Below, in pieces: positions 52,846 to 63,076 of a stretch of DNA of 64,000 nucleotides. A model generated the notes under the pieces. The model was not told the origin of the DNA and made no database searches. It saw only the letters and a list, made by a program, of their open reading frames with translations. The stretch is taken from positions 1 to 64,000 of the IMG/VR virus record IMGVR_UViG_3300032331_000813, one strand, 5' to 3'. Numbering within the stretch: position 1 is the first letter of the stretch; each line of letters opens with the position of its first letter. This stretch comes from a virus. Made by a program: the position numbers and the translations under genes.

Positions 52846-53802
52846 ATGACTTACGCACAATATGGTAATATACAAGCATCAGACTATAACGGTTTCTTGG
52901 GTGGGAACCCTGTTACAACTTCTGGTAAATTAAATACAGTTTGGGCAACTGGTGGAACCAATGCTGGTTATGGTCAAACAGCTTTAGCAAATGTAGCAGC
53001 TGGAAATGTAGTTTATGCTACCGATTGGGCTAATTTAGTAAACAAAACTGCTAATTCTGCAACTCACCAAGGCGCATCAATCACTAGCGTATCTGCTCCG
53101 GTGACCGGTGGAAATGTCACTTATGTGTCTGCAATTCCAACAAATCTTACTACAATATATACTAGCAGATTAAACGCCGCAACACAAGGTAGTACACTTT
53201 CAAACGCAGCTACATATAATAGTACATGGTCCGATGCTTTAACTTTTACACATACTATATCTTTTGCAAATGGCGATGCAGCTAGATATTTCTTTAATTC
53301 AGGTGGTCAATTAAAAATAACATGTTCTCATGCTAATAACACATCAGGTATCAATTTGTTATTCAATATGCTAGCGAGTAACATAGGAACTGTTGTTATG
53401 AGTTCCCCAACTTCAGGGACTATAACTATAGCAGCTAGTCAATATTATGGAATCACAAAAGTTGGTGGAGGTGGATTAACCCCTACACTTAGTGTAAATT
53501 CAGGTTATTATGGATTAACTACCGCTAATACACAAATTATCAGACAGCAATCATCGACGGGTCCTGCAACATACTATTTAGGAACCTTTATATCTATGAA
53601 CGCCAAAACAAACGGAACACAAGGTGCAAACGGTGACAACGGAAGTGTAATTACTATATACACCTTGTGGGATGAAGTACCAAACGGATTAACAGCAGGT
53701 TCTGGTTCTACTACTACGGTTACTGTGCAAGCCCCAGAAACAACATATTTAAGTAATAGTTGGGGAACAATCTCTGTTGTTGGAACGGTATCCGGTTCAT
53801 AA
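52846..53802 (+). CDS. Virion structural protein (fibre-associated), paralog 2
   Basis: Colinear with the preceding ORF along its full length; TAAATA box and AGGA SD upstream. Confidence 0.65.
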   Translation: MTYAQYGNIQASDYNGFLGGNPVTTSGKLNTVWATGGTNAGYGQTALANVAAGNVVYATDWANLVNKTANSATHQGASITSVSAPVTGGNVTYVSAIPTNLTTIYTSRLNAATQGSTLSNAATYNSTWSDALTFTHTISFANGDAARYFFNSGGQLKITCSHANNTSGINLLFNMLASNIGTVVMSSPTSGTITIAASQYYGITKVGGGGLTPTLSVNSGYYGLTTANTQIIRQQSSTGPATYYLGTFISMNAKTNGTQGANGDNGSVITIYTLWDEVPNGLTAGSGSTTTVTVQAPETTYLSNSWGTISVVGTVSGS

Positions 53803-53829
53803 TTTTTTAACAACGTATCTATATCCATC

Positions 53830-53835
53830 TAAATA
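53830..53835 (+). promoter_or_regulatory. Late promoter box heading the GT/radical SAM operon
   Basis: TAAATA followed by AGGAG SD and ATG 53851. Confidence 0.6.
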
Positions 53836-53850
53836 CTCATAGGAGTACAC

Positions 53851-54156
53851 ATGGATACAATTACACTAATCACCGAAGCTAAAGCCCGCTTTAGTCACAA
53901 TGCAGCCAAAGCATATTTAAAAGACAAATACGATAGTAAGTTTATTATTGCTGAACAATCTGGACTTTGGCGTGCTAACTTAGAGACTATAAATTTTTTA
54001 AATTCATCTAGTGATGAATGGGTAATTTTAATTGACAAATTTGAAAACCCAGTAAAGGTTCTTAGAGCACCTCTATTAGATAAACTTGCCATAACTTATA
54101 AAACAGTTATGGAAGAATGGCATGCAGAATGGTCTGAACTAGAGAACAAGAGATGA
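53851..54156 (+). CDS. Hypothetical protein
   Basis: 101 aa, strong SD, ATGA overlap with the next gene. Confidence 0.75.
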   Translation: MDTITLITEAKARFSHNAAKAYLKDKYDSKFIIAEQSGLWRANLETINFLNSSSDEWVILIDKFENPVKVLRAPLLDKLAITYKTVMEEWHAEWSELENKR

Positions 54157-54962
54157 GTAAGGGCGTATTACTGTTTGCTTTCAATAGCCCAAAGTATAAC
54201 TACTATGAAATGGCAGTAGCAACTGCCAAAAGAGTTAATCATTTTTTGGGTCTACCTGTAACAATGGTCACTGATAGTGAATCATTGCCAGTCAAACAAA
54301 CATATCAGTTTGATAATATTGTTATGGCACCCGCTGATAAAACTAATTTCAGAGATTGGGGTTTATGGATTAACAAAGGTAGATACCGCGCATATCAGTT
54401 TAGTCCTTATGATGAAACTATCTTATTAGATACAGATTACATGATTAATTCAGATAAACTATTAAAGACTTTTGAATTACCTACTGATTTTTGCTGTCAC
54501 GATACAACTAGTTTTTTGATGCATCCAGAATCTGCACAAGAAGCATTGAGTGCATATAGTTTTAACACGTTATGGGCTACGGTAGTTATGTTTAGAAAAA
54601 CTGGTCGTGCTAAACAAATATTTGAATGTTTAGAAATGATTCAAAATAATTTTGAACATTATGCAACCATGCATGGATTCATATCGGCAACTTTTAGGAA
54701 TGACTATGGATTATCTTTAGCCACTAGAATTGTAAATGGACATACGGTGTCTAAAAGGGATGTTATACCGTGGAATCTATTACATGTAGGAAAAAATACA
54801 ACTATGTATAGGAATAACGACAGTGAACTTAATACTGAGTATACTGTGTTATTTGACAATTGGAGTCGCGGGAAAGTTCGCAAAGAATATCTCACTATAA
54901 AAGATACTGATTTTCATGTGATGACTAAAGAAAACTTTATGGAGTTAATCACGTATGAATAA
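54153..54962 (+). CDS. Putative glycosyltransferase (GT-A fold, DxD)
   Basis: KGVLLFAFN...Y..MA N-terminus, SPYDETILLDTDY (DxD), WATVVMFRK, RND. Confidence 0.65.
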   Translation: MSKGVLLFAFNSPKYNYYEMAVATAKRVNHFLGLPVTMVTDSESLPVKQTYQFDNIVMAPADKTNFRDWGLWINKGRYRAYQFSPYDETILLDTDYMINSDKLLKTFELPTDFCCHDTTSFLMHPESAQEALSAYSFNTLWATVVMFRKTGRAKQIFECLEMIQNNFEHYATMHGFISATFRNDYGLSLATRIVNGHTVSKRDVIPWNLLHVGKNTTMYRNNDSELNTEYTVLFDNWSRGKVRKEYLTIKDTDFHVMTKENFMELITYE

Positions 54963-55710
54963 AGGTTTTGTAATAATGGCACAAGATACTAATAAAGTAA
55001 GCTATACAAAATGTGCCGAAAAACTAAGTAAGAGTATTAAGCGAGTGATGCCTGATGCTAATGTAACGATTATTACTACTGAAATGTTACCACATGGTGA
55101 TTTAGCTCCTTACAACGATTGGAAATTAATCAATGACTGGCAAGTGTATGAAGCAAGTCCTTATGATTACACTATTAAGCTAGAAGCTGATATGTATGTT
55201 CCTAGAAATATAGACCATTGGTGGGATGTATTAAAAGATAGGGACGTTGTAGTTTCATCTGCAATACGAGATTATAAGCAAGAAATATCAACTGTAAGAT
55301 TGTATCGTAGATTTATTGATGATAACAAGTTACCTGATGTGTATAATGCTATAACCTATTTTAAGAAGTCACCTATCGCTGAAGAATTTTATAAATTAGT
55401 TAGAGAAATCTTTACAAATTGGGAGGAATATAAGAAAGTTTTACAATGTAACTATCGTGAATATGCTACCACTGATTGGGTATACGCTATTGCATGTCAT
55501 ATTATGGGCAAAGAGAAAACAACACTGCCCACATTTAATGAAATGACAATGATACATATGAAACAATATATTGCCGGTACACCCACTGATGATTGGACAG
55601 ACACACTATTATATGAATTCTTACCTGATCAAATTAGAATACAGACTATACCTCAGCAATATCCATTTCACTATCATGTGAAAACTTTTTGTGATAAAAT
55701 AACATTATGA
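54955..55710 (+). CDS. Putative glycosyltransferase (GT-A fold), paralog of the preceding gene
   Basis: KGFVIMA, SPYDYTIKLEADM (ExD variant), YNAITYFKKS, TD..YA, HMK, PFHYH.K. Confidence 0.6.
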   Translation: MNKGFVIMAQDTNKVSYTKCAEKLSKSIKRVMPDANVTIITTEMLPHGDLAPYNDWKLINDWQVYEASPYDYTIKLEADMYVPRNIDHWWDVLKDRDVVVSSAIRDYKQEISTVRLYRRFIDDNKLPDVYNAITYFKKSPIAEEFYKLVREIFTNWEEYKKVLQCNYREYATTDWVYAIACHIMGKEKTTLPTFNEMTMIHMKQYIAGTPTDDWTDTLLYEFLPDQIRIQTIPQQYPFHYHVKTFCDKITL

Positions 55711-56051
55711 AACATGAAGATGATTATGTTCTAATATGGGAAGCTCCTAAGTTAGAAGCACCTGAATTTAGATTATACTATGATGACCATGGTGCAGTAA
55801 TTTGCTATACTGGAGATAAATCAGTAGAAGGAAACTATATTGTAATTGATGCTCAAACTTTTGCTGAAGCTAGACCTGATGTGCGAGTAATAGATGGCAG
55901 AGTTTCAAGAGTGCAACCAAACGCAGTAGTCTATAAATTAATGCCTGATGTAGAAGAAGGTATAACATGTCATCCAGACGATGTTAGTGTAATCGTTGAC
56001 AGTAAAGAAAAACATACTAAATGGAAATTAAACATATATGAACTCCAATGA
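55707..56051 (+). CDS. Hypothetical protein
   Basis: 114 aa, overlaps neighbours at both ends. Confidence 0.7.
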   Translation: MKHEDDYVLIWEAPKLEAPEFRLYYDDHGAVICYTGDKSVEGNYIVIDAQTFAEARPDVRVIDGRVSRVQPNAVVYKLMPDVEEGITCHPDDVSVIVDSKEKHTKWKLNIYELQ

Positions 56052-56994
56052 TATTATTGATGTTGCAGATTTAGATTGCATCTATCTAAGCTATGATGAG
56101 CCACAGAAGGAAGAGTTTTGGCTTAAGATTAAAAATATGATACCGTGGGCTAAACGTGTAGATGGAGTTAAAGGCTCTGACGCTGCACATAAAGCAGCAG
56201 GCAAAGCTAGCGACACGGAACGATTCATTCTAATTGATGGTGATAATATGCCCGAAGAAAGTTTCTTCAATATGCAATTAGATTTTAGCAATAAGGATTC
56301 TAAATTTAAATTGGCTCAGTTTCGTTGGAAAGCAGTTAACAGCATCAATGGATTACGTTATGGTAATGGTGGTATGAGTAGTTGGACAAAGACTTATGTT
56401 AGTGAAATGAAAACCCACGAAAATCAAACTGAAGGGGATATAACACGTATAGCTGATTTCTGCATGGATAGTAAAGATAATCTATATTGGGCTATGTATG
56501 ATTGCTATTCAACTACGTACCCAAACTATACTCCGTTTCAAGCATGGCGTGCTGGATTCCGTGAAGGTGTAAAGATGTGTTTAGACCGCGGCGCCAAACC
56601 TACAGTAGACCAATTCAAAGAAACTGTTGCTAGCCGTAACTTAAACAACTTAACTATCTGGCATAATGTGGGTGCAGATGTTGAAAATGGATTGTGGGCT
56701 ATATACGGAGCGAGACTCGGTACATACATGACCATGCTAACTGATTGGGAACACACAGATGTTCAGTGGTTTGATAACTATATAATAATGTGGGAAGAAC
56801 AAGAATATAATAGAGATCCAGAGCGTGAAGCAACATTATTAGGTGCAGCATTACATGATAAACTTGGATTGCCAATGTGTACTTTGGGAAAAGAACAAAG
56901 TAAGTTTTTTAAACGTCATTACAATGCCGACAAACACAACCTAGGTCCACTAGTAACAGAGATGGATGTAATTCGCAAGATAGAAGGTTGGTAA
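56038..56994 (+). CDS. Putative glycosyltransferase-like protein
   Basis: YLSYDEP, RVDGVKGSDAAHKAA, FILIDGDN (DxD), NGL.YGNGG, QAWRAGFREGVKM. Confidence 0.55.
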   Translation: MNSNDIIDVADLDCIYLSYDEPQKEEFWLKIKNMIPWAKRVDGVKGSDAAHKAAGKASDTERFILIDGDNMPEESFFNMQLDFSNKDSKFKLAQFRWKAVNSINGLRYGNGGMSSWTKTYVSEMKTHENQTEGDITRIADFCMDSKDNLYWAMYDCYSTTYPNYTPFQAWRAGFREGVKMCLDRGAKPTVDQFKETVASRNLNNLTIWHNVGADVENGLWAIYGARLGTYMTMLTDWEHTDVQWFDNYIIMWEEQEYNRDPEREATLLGAALHDKLGLPMCTLGKEQSKFFKRHYNADKHNLGPLVTEMDVIRKIEGW

Positions 56995-58388
56995 TGAGCA
57001 ATGAACAACAACGAATAAAAGACATTAAGATCAAGATTGAAAATGAAGTAGGTTCTACTTTCTGTCTTGCCAAATGGCATCATGTCACGATGTATTTGCA
57101 ATCAGGTGAAACACATAGTTGTTATCATCCCAAACCGCATAAAATCCCTTTAAGGGAACTTAAAGACAATCCGTCTGCATTACATAATACTTTAGAAAAA
57201 AAGACTGAACGTAAGTTAATGCTTGAAGGGGAGAAACCTTCGGGATGCCAGTACTGCTGGAACATTGAAGCAATGGGCCCAGACTATATTAGTGACCGTC
57301 ATATTCGTAATGCATCTATCTTTACAGAAGAACGATATGAGCAAACTGTTAAGGGACCTTGGGATCAGAATATTAACCCAGAATACTTAGAGATTAATTT
57401 TGGTAACGAATGTAACTTCAAATGCGGTTACTGTCACCCAAAGTATAGTACAAGTTTCTACAATGAAATAAAAACTAACGGTCCTGTTAATACAGTAAAG
57501 AATCATCGTTGCGACATTGATTGGATGAGACTATATCAGCGTGAAGAAGAAAATCCGTACGTTGATGCATTTTGGCAATGGTGGCCTGAATTACGCAAGA
57601 CATTGAACATCATGCGGGTTACAGGTGGCGAGCCTACTATGCACACTAGCACTTGGAAATTATTGAAAGAGATTGACCAAGACCCTATGCCTTGGTTAGA
57701 GTTGAACATCAATAGCAATTTAGGCACTAAAACTAGTCTAGTTGAAAAACTAAGTGATAGTGTAAAGACGCTATGTGATGATAAAAAGATTCGTGCTTTC
57801 AAGTTATTCACTAGCATGGATACATGGGGTCAACGTGCTGAATATATTCGCACTGGTTTAGATTTAGAATTATGGGAAAAAAATTTCCACACCTACTTAA
57901 CTAGAACTGATAGCCCAATCACGTTTATGATTACCTTCAACATTTTTAGTGTGACTACCTTTAAGTCATTGCTAGAGAAAATGTTAGAATGGAGAAATCA
58001 ATATGGATGGTATGATGATATAAAAAGCCATCGTGTTCGTTTTGATACACCTTATTTGCGTGATCCAATTCAATACGATATGAATATTCTTCCTAAAGAA
58101 GAATTCATGCCTTACATGCACGAATCATTAAAATTTATGGAAGACAACTTAGACGATAATGCTAGCAATAAGTTTACTACGGTAGAATATGAAAAGTTCA
58201 AGCGTGTAGTAGATTACATGGCAGAGACAGTTTATCCAGAAAACAAACTGGTTGAAGGTCGCAGAGATTTTTATAATTGGTTCAACGAATTAGATGAGCG
58301 TAGGGATACAGATATGTTATCTATTTTTCCAGAGTATATAAAGTTCTATAGATTATGTCAAGAAGCTAATCAGTTAAATCCATTATGA
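56994..58388 (+). CDS. Radical SAM enzyme with N-terminal auxiliary Fe-S (Twitch/SPASM-like) domain
   Basis: CNFKCGYC, TGGEP; N-terminal CLAKW...SCYH...CQYC. Confidence 0.88.
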   Translation: MSNEQQRIKDIKIKIENEVGSTFCLAKWHHVTMYLQSGETHSCYHPKPHKIPLRELKDNPSALHNTLEKKTERKLMLEGEKPSGCQYCWNIEAMGPDYISDRHIRNASIFTEERYEQTVKGPWDQNINPEYLEINFGNECNFKCGYCHPKYSTSFYNEIKTNGPVNTVKNHRCDIDWMRLYQREEENPYVDAFWQWWPELRKTLNIMRVTGGEPTMHTSTWKLLKEIDQDPMPWLELNINSNLGTKTSLVEKLSDSVKTLCDDKKIRAFKLFTSMDTWGQRAEYIRTGLDLELWEKNFHTYLTRTDSPITFMITFNIFSVTTFKSLLEKMLEWRNQYGWYDDIKSHRVRFDTPYLRDPIQYDMNILPKEEFMPYMHESLKFMEDNLDDNASNKFTTVEYEKFKRVVDYMAETVYPENKLVEGRRDFYNWFNELDERRDTDMLSIFPEYIKFYRLCQEANQLNPL

Positions 58389-59617
58389 ATAAAAACTATA
58401 GATTAAATGAAAGTAAAACTTTTTGTATGGCACCTTGGGTGCATTTGCATACTAATCCCAGTGGAGTTGCTGCCCCGTGCTGCATAGCACAATCATGCTC
58501 AACCTTCGACGGTGTAGGAAATGCAAAATCTCAATCATTAATGGAGTTAGTAAATTCTCCTAAAATGAAACAATTGCGTTTAGACATGCTAAACGATGTT
58601 AAAAATCCTGAATGTGCAACTTGTCACAATATAGAAGAATATGAAATACAAAGTAGTAGAGAGCATTTAAATATAGATTGGGGAAAAACATACTATGATG
58701 AATGTATTGAAGATACACTATCAGATGGTTCTTTAACTGAATTTAAAATGCGATACTTTGATATCAGATTTAGTAATATTTGTAATTTCAAATGTAGGTC
58801 TTGTGGTTCCTCATTCAGTAGTCAATGGGAACAAGAAGATTTAAAAAATAACTTAGTATATGCTAGAACGATACCAAAAAATGATAATAAAAATTTCTTA
58901 AATGATGTAGTTGATCAAATTCAATATATGGATCAAGCATACTTTGCAGGCGGTGAGCCATTGATAACAGAAGAACATTATATCTTGTTGGAAGAAATGA
59001 TCAAACAAGATAAAACAAATATAAAATTACGGTATAATACTAACTTGAGTAATTTAAAGTTTAAAGACAAAGATTTACTTGGGTTGTGGAAGCATTTTAA
59101 AAATGAAATAATGATCTCAGCTAGTATAGACCACTATGGTGAACGTGCAGAATATATACGGCACGGAACTGATTGGGCAACAGTTGAAAATAATTTCAAA
59201 ATAATACGTAAATTGCCATATCTGAAGTTACAAATGCATTCTGTATTGAGTGTGTTTAACATGTTAACTATGCATGAATTTTATCAATATTTGGTTGACA
59301 ACCAGTTATATGATAAGAAAAATTACCCTAACACAATATATAATTTAGATATTCCCGAAATATTATCATGTAATATATTGCCACCGGAATACAAAGAAAA
59401 AGGAAAGTATAGTTTAGAAATGGTTGTATCAATGCTATCAAAGCAAAAATTTAGAAAATATCATATTGATATGATAAAAAACGTAATTCCAAAAGCGTTA
59501 GCTAATGACACATGGGAAGATAAGAAAGAAGAATTTAGAAACGAGATACATAGATTAGATAAAATACGAGGGGAAGATTTTAGTAAAACTTTTCCAGAAC
59601 TAGCAGGATTACTATGA
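58385..59617 (+). CDS. Radical SAM enzyme with N-terminal Twitch/SPASM-like domain
   Basis: CNFKCRSC, AGGEP, YNTN; N-terminal CMAPW...PCC...CATC. Confidence 0.88.
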   Translation: MNKNYRLNESKTFCMAPWVHLHTNPSGVAAPCCIAQSCSTFDGVGNAKSQSLMELVNSPKMKQLRLDMLNDVKNPECATCHNIEEYEIQSSREHLNIDWGKTYYDECIEDTLSDGSLTEFKMRYFDIRFSNICNFKCRSCGSSFSSQWEQEDLKNNLVYARTIPKNDNKNFLNDVVDQIQYMDQAYFAGGEPLITEEHYILLEEMIKQDKTNIKLRYNTNLSNLKFKDKDLLGLWKHFKNEIMISASIDHYGERAEYIRHGTDWATVENNFKIIRKLPYLKLQMHSVLSVFNMLTMHEFYQYLVDNQLYDKKNYPNTIYNLDIPEILSCNILPPEYKEKGKYSLEMVVSMLSKQKFRKYHIDMIKNVIPKALANDTWEDKKEEFRNEIHRLDKIRGEDFSKTFPELAGLL

Positions 59618-60840
59618 ACAAAGAATATCTATTAAACGAAAGTAAAACTTTCTGTATGTTTCCCTGGGTGCATTTAAATGTTACTCCTAAAGGAGATATC
59701 TACCCCTGCTGTAGTAATGACTATACAGTACCATTTGGTAACACTAAACAAACTAGCCTTAAAGAAGCATTTAACAACGAACAGATGAAGCAATTGCGTT
59801 TGGATATGTTGAATGACAAACCAAACAAGATATGTAACTTCTGCTACAAGCACGAAGAAGCAGGGCCTCATAGTTTTAGAAACTATAGCAAAGAACACTT
59901 TGCTAAACACTTTGATACAACTGTTCCTACTACACAAGCTGACGGAACTGTTCCTGACTTTAAGATGCATTACTTTGACATACGTTTTAGTAACATATGC
60001 AATTTCAAATGCAGAACATGTGGAAGTGAATTCAGTAGTCAATGGGGAGCAGAGATGCGAGCCAATCATGATCCAAAGCATCCTATCGTTATCCATGCTG
60101 ATGAAAAGGGTAATCTATTACGTGAAGTATTAGAACAAGTAGAACATATTGACCTAGCATACTTTGCAGGCGGTGAACCAACGCTAACAGAAGAACATTA
60201 TCTGATGTTAGAAGAAATGATTCGCAAAGGTCGCACAGACATTACACTACGTTACAATACAAACGCTAGTAATATCAAGTTTAAAGACTATGACTTGCTA
60301 GACATGTGGAAACACTTTAAAAAGATTGAGTTAAGTTGTAGTATTGACCATTATGGAGAACGTGCAGAATGGTTGCGTCATGGAACTGACTGGGGATTGG
60401 TTGAAAGTAATCTACTAAAGTTTCGTGATTTAGATTATGTTTCGTTTCAATTGAATACAGTATTCTCAATATTCAATTACTCAACTATTGGTGAATTTTA
60501 TTCTTATCTAAAAAGTAAGGGTATTATTCGCAGAGATGATTGGTATCATAGTCTCTACTTAGCAGTTCATCCTAGCTATTATAGTGGTAAGAGTTTACCC
60601 AAAGAACTAAAAGTCGAAGCAGCAAGTAAAGCATTAGCCTGGGCACAGAATAACGAGGGCGACGGTACATCATTGTCCCGCTTAGTAACCGATGCGGTTA
60701 ATTTTGCCAAAGAAGATGATTCTTGGGGAGCAAATAAACAAACTTTTATGTTACACACAGGGTCAAGTGATAGGATACGCGGGGAAAGTTTATGGAAAAC
60801 ATTCCCTGAATTAAATAAATTACAAGAGTTGATGGAGTAA
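59614..60840 (+). CDS. Radical SAM enzyme with N-terminal Twitch/SPASM-like domain
   Basis: CNFKCRTC, AGGEP; N-terminal CMFPW...PCC...CNFC. Confidence 0.88.
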   Translation: MNKEYLLNESKTFCMFPWVHLNVTPKGDIYPCCSNDYTVPFGNTKQTSLKEAFNNEQMKQLRLDMLNDKPNKICNFCYKHEEAGPHSFRNYSKEHFAKHFDTTVPTTQADGTVPDFKMHYFDIRFSNICNFKCRTCGSEFSSQWGAEMRANHDPKHPIVIHADEKGNLLREVLEQVEHIDLAYFAGGEPTLTEEHYLMLEEMIRKGRTDITLRYNTNASNIKFKDYDLLDMWKHFKKIELSCSIDHYGERAEWLRHGTDWGLVESNLLKFRDLDYVSFQLNTVFSIFNYSTIGEFYSYLKSKGIIRRDDWYHSLYLAVHPSYYSGKSLPKELKVEAASKALAWAQNNEGDGTSLSRLVTDAVNFAKEDDSWGANKQTFMLHTGSSDRIRGESLWKTFPELNKLQELME

Positions 60841-60842
60841 AA

Positions 60843-62120
60843 ATGCAAGACCCAATCGTAGTAGAAAATTTAGTTAAACATGGTAAACACTTTTGTGTAT
60901 TACCTTGGGTACATTTTCATTCATGGCCCGATGGTAAGGTAATGCCTTGTTGCGTTGCGGATAGCAATATGCCCGTAGCATCAATAAAAAACAATGAATC
61001 TATTATTCAGATGATGAATAGTGAAGATTACAAGAAGATGCGTACTAAAATGCTGAACGATGAACCAGTCGAAGCCTGCAAGCGTTGTTATGATTTAGAA
61101 ATTATGGGCACATGGACAATGCGTCAAAGTCATAACAAGCGCAGGGGACTTGAGTATGTAGATATGATTTCAAAAAACACAACCAAAGATGGTAGTCTAA
61201 CTGAATTCAAAATGAAGTATATGGACTTGCGTTTTAGTAACATGTGTAATATGAAATGTCGTAGTTGTGGTCCTGGATGCAGTAGCCTTTGGGCACAAGA
61301 GTTTGTGGACGAGAGGGGTGTTGACGTTTACGAGGAATATTTCAAAACTAGAAAAGTTGTAATCAACGCTTCTGAAGAAATGGGTTTTATGGACAAACTA
61401 AAGCCTTATCTTAAAGACGTACTAGAAGTTTATTTTGCAGGCGGGGAGATTATTATCACTCCTGAACACTATGAATGTTTAGATTATTGGATTGAAAATG
61501 GCTTAACTAAACAAGTTGAGTTGACTTATACTACTAACTTTAGTTCATTGAAATACAAAGATAAAGACTTGATTGGGTATTGGAAGAAGTTTCCGCAATT
61601 AAAAATATGGGCTAGTTTAGATGCTGAAGGTAAAGTAGCAGAGTCTATCCGCAAGGGAACAGACTGGGAGCGCATCGTTAAAAATATGAAAACTCTTAAA
61701 GAACAAGTTCCTCATGCACAGTTTCAAATTACTCCAACTATAAGTATATGGAATGTTTTTGATTTCCCTGACTTCTTTGATTACATGGTAGATGAAGGGT
61801 TTATCGATGTTCGTAGCAGCAGTCCTAGATTTAACCTAGCAACTAATCCATGGTATGCAAATATTATGATATTACCAGTATCGGTTAAGCGTAGACTGAT
61901 TGAATTATATCGGGTATATGCTGAAAGATATGAAAATGTAAATCAAGACATTGCCAATGGATTTAGAATGATTATATATAACTTAAATGTAGGTGATGAG
62001 AACAAAGGCGGTATATTAGAGTTTAAAAAATTCAATGATGAATTAGATGAATTTAGAAATGAAAAACTAGAAGATATTGTTACGGGACTTAAAGAGGTAT
62101 ATGCATGGGCAGAAAGCTAA
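60843..62120 (+). CDS. Radical SAM enzyme with N-terminal Twitch/SPASM-like domain
   Basis: CNMKCRSC, AGGEI; N-terminal CVLPW...PCC...CKRC. Confidence 0.88.
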   Translation: MQDPIVVENLVKHGKHFCVLPWVHFHSWPDGKVMPCCVADSNMPVASIKNNESIIQMMNSEDYKKMRTKMLNDEPVEACKRCYDLEIMGTWTMRQSHNKRRGLEYVDMISKNTTKDGSLTEFKMKYMDLRFSNMCNMKCRSCGPGCSSLWAQEFVDERGVDVYEEYFKTRKVVINASEEMGFMDKLKPYLKDVLEVYFAGGEIIITPEHYECLDYWIENGLTKQVELTYTTNFSSLKYKDKDLIGYWKKFPQLKIWASLDAEGKVAESIRKGTDWERIVKNMKTLKEQVPHAQFQITPTISIWNVFDFPDFFDYMVDEGFIDVRSSSPRFNLATNPWYANIMILPVSVKRRLIELYRVYAERYENVNQDIANGFRMIIYNLNVGDENKGGILEFKKFNDELDEFRNEKLEDIVTGLKEVYAWAES

Positions 62121-63076
62121 TAGCTATTGAAGCCCCAGAACCATATTTGGCAATTACGTGGCAAGTTAACAATTACTGTAATTTTAAATGCAGTTATTGT
62201 AATCCGGGCAATTGGGGCGGGACTGATGTAAATGATGGCAACACCGATTTATACATCAAAAATTTAGAAACGATAATCAATCGTTACAAAGATGTAGGCT
62301 ATAAAAACTTTAAGTTTTTCTTTAGTGGTGGAGAACCTACTGCATGGCGCAACTTCATACCAATTTGTGAATGGTTATACAATGAGTTACCACACGCTAC
62401 ATTAGCAGTTAATACAAACTTAAGTCGTCCATTGAAATGGTGGGAAAAGAATCATCACTTGTTTGACGATGTGGTTGCTAGTTTTCACGTAGAGTTTGCA
62501 GATAAACAACGTTATGAAGAAAATAGTATATTCTTATGTGACAAGGTAAACTACCTAGCTACTAAAATGCTATTGCATGAAGAAAAGTTTTGGGAAGTAG
62601 TTGAGTTCGGTAAGCATTTGAAAACAGTAATGCCAAACTACTTCTTAGAGTGGACTCCGTTGTTTGATGAGATGAGTGTAAATGCAGGTCCATGGTCATA
62701 TAAAGATTCAACTAAAACTCAATTTATAAATGACTGTACCTCTGAACATCATCAGTCTAAACCAAAACCAAACAAAAGAACAAATTTCACCGTCAGCTAT
62801 AATAAATATGATGACAATCATACTGAAGTATGTAATAGTAATGAAGTAATTGTTGCTGGTAATAATTTCTTTAAGGGTTGGCAATGTAATGTAGGTGATG
62901 CAATTTTTATTAATCCAACGGGAGAAATGAGTTTAGCAAGTTGCGGAATGGGCGGTAACGTAGGGCATATATTGAAAGATATAAAACGTGTTGGTCCCAA
63001 ACAAATAATGTGTGCCAAAGAACATTGTCATTGTGGCACCGATATTATTATACCTAAGTATTTAAAAAATGAATAA
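62105..63076 (+). CDS. Radical SAM enzyme with C-terminal Cys-rich domain
   Basis: CNFKCSYC near the N-terminus, SGGEP, NTN; C-terminal CNVG...SC...CAKEHCHC. Confidence 0.88.
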   Translation: MGRKLIAIEAPEPYLAITWQVNNYCNFKCSYCNPGNWGGTDVNDGNTDLYIKNLETIINRYKDVGYKNFKFFFSGGEPTAWRNFIPICEWLYNELPHATLAVNTNLSRPLKWWEKNHHLFDDVVASFHVEFADKQRYEENSIFLCDKVNYLATKMLLHEEKFWEVVEFGKHLKTVMPNYFLEWTPLFDEMSVNAGPWSYKDSTKTQFINDCTSEHHQSKPKPNKRTNFTVSYNKYDDNHTEVCNSNEVIVAGNNFFKGWQCNVGDAIFINPTGEMSLASCGMGGNVGHILKDIKRVGPKQIMCAKEHCHCGTDIIIPKYLKNE

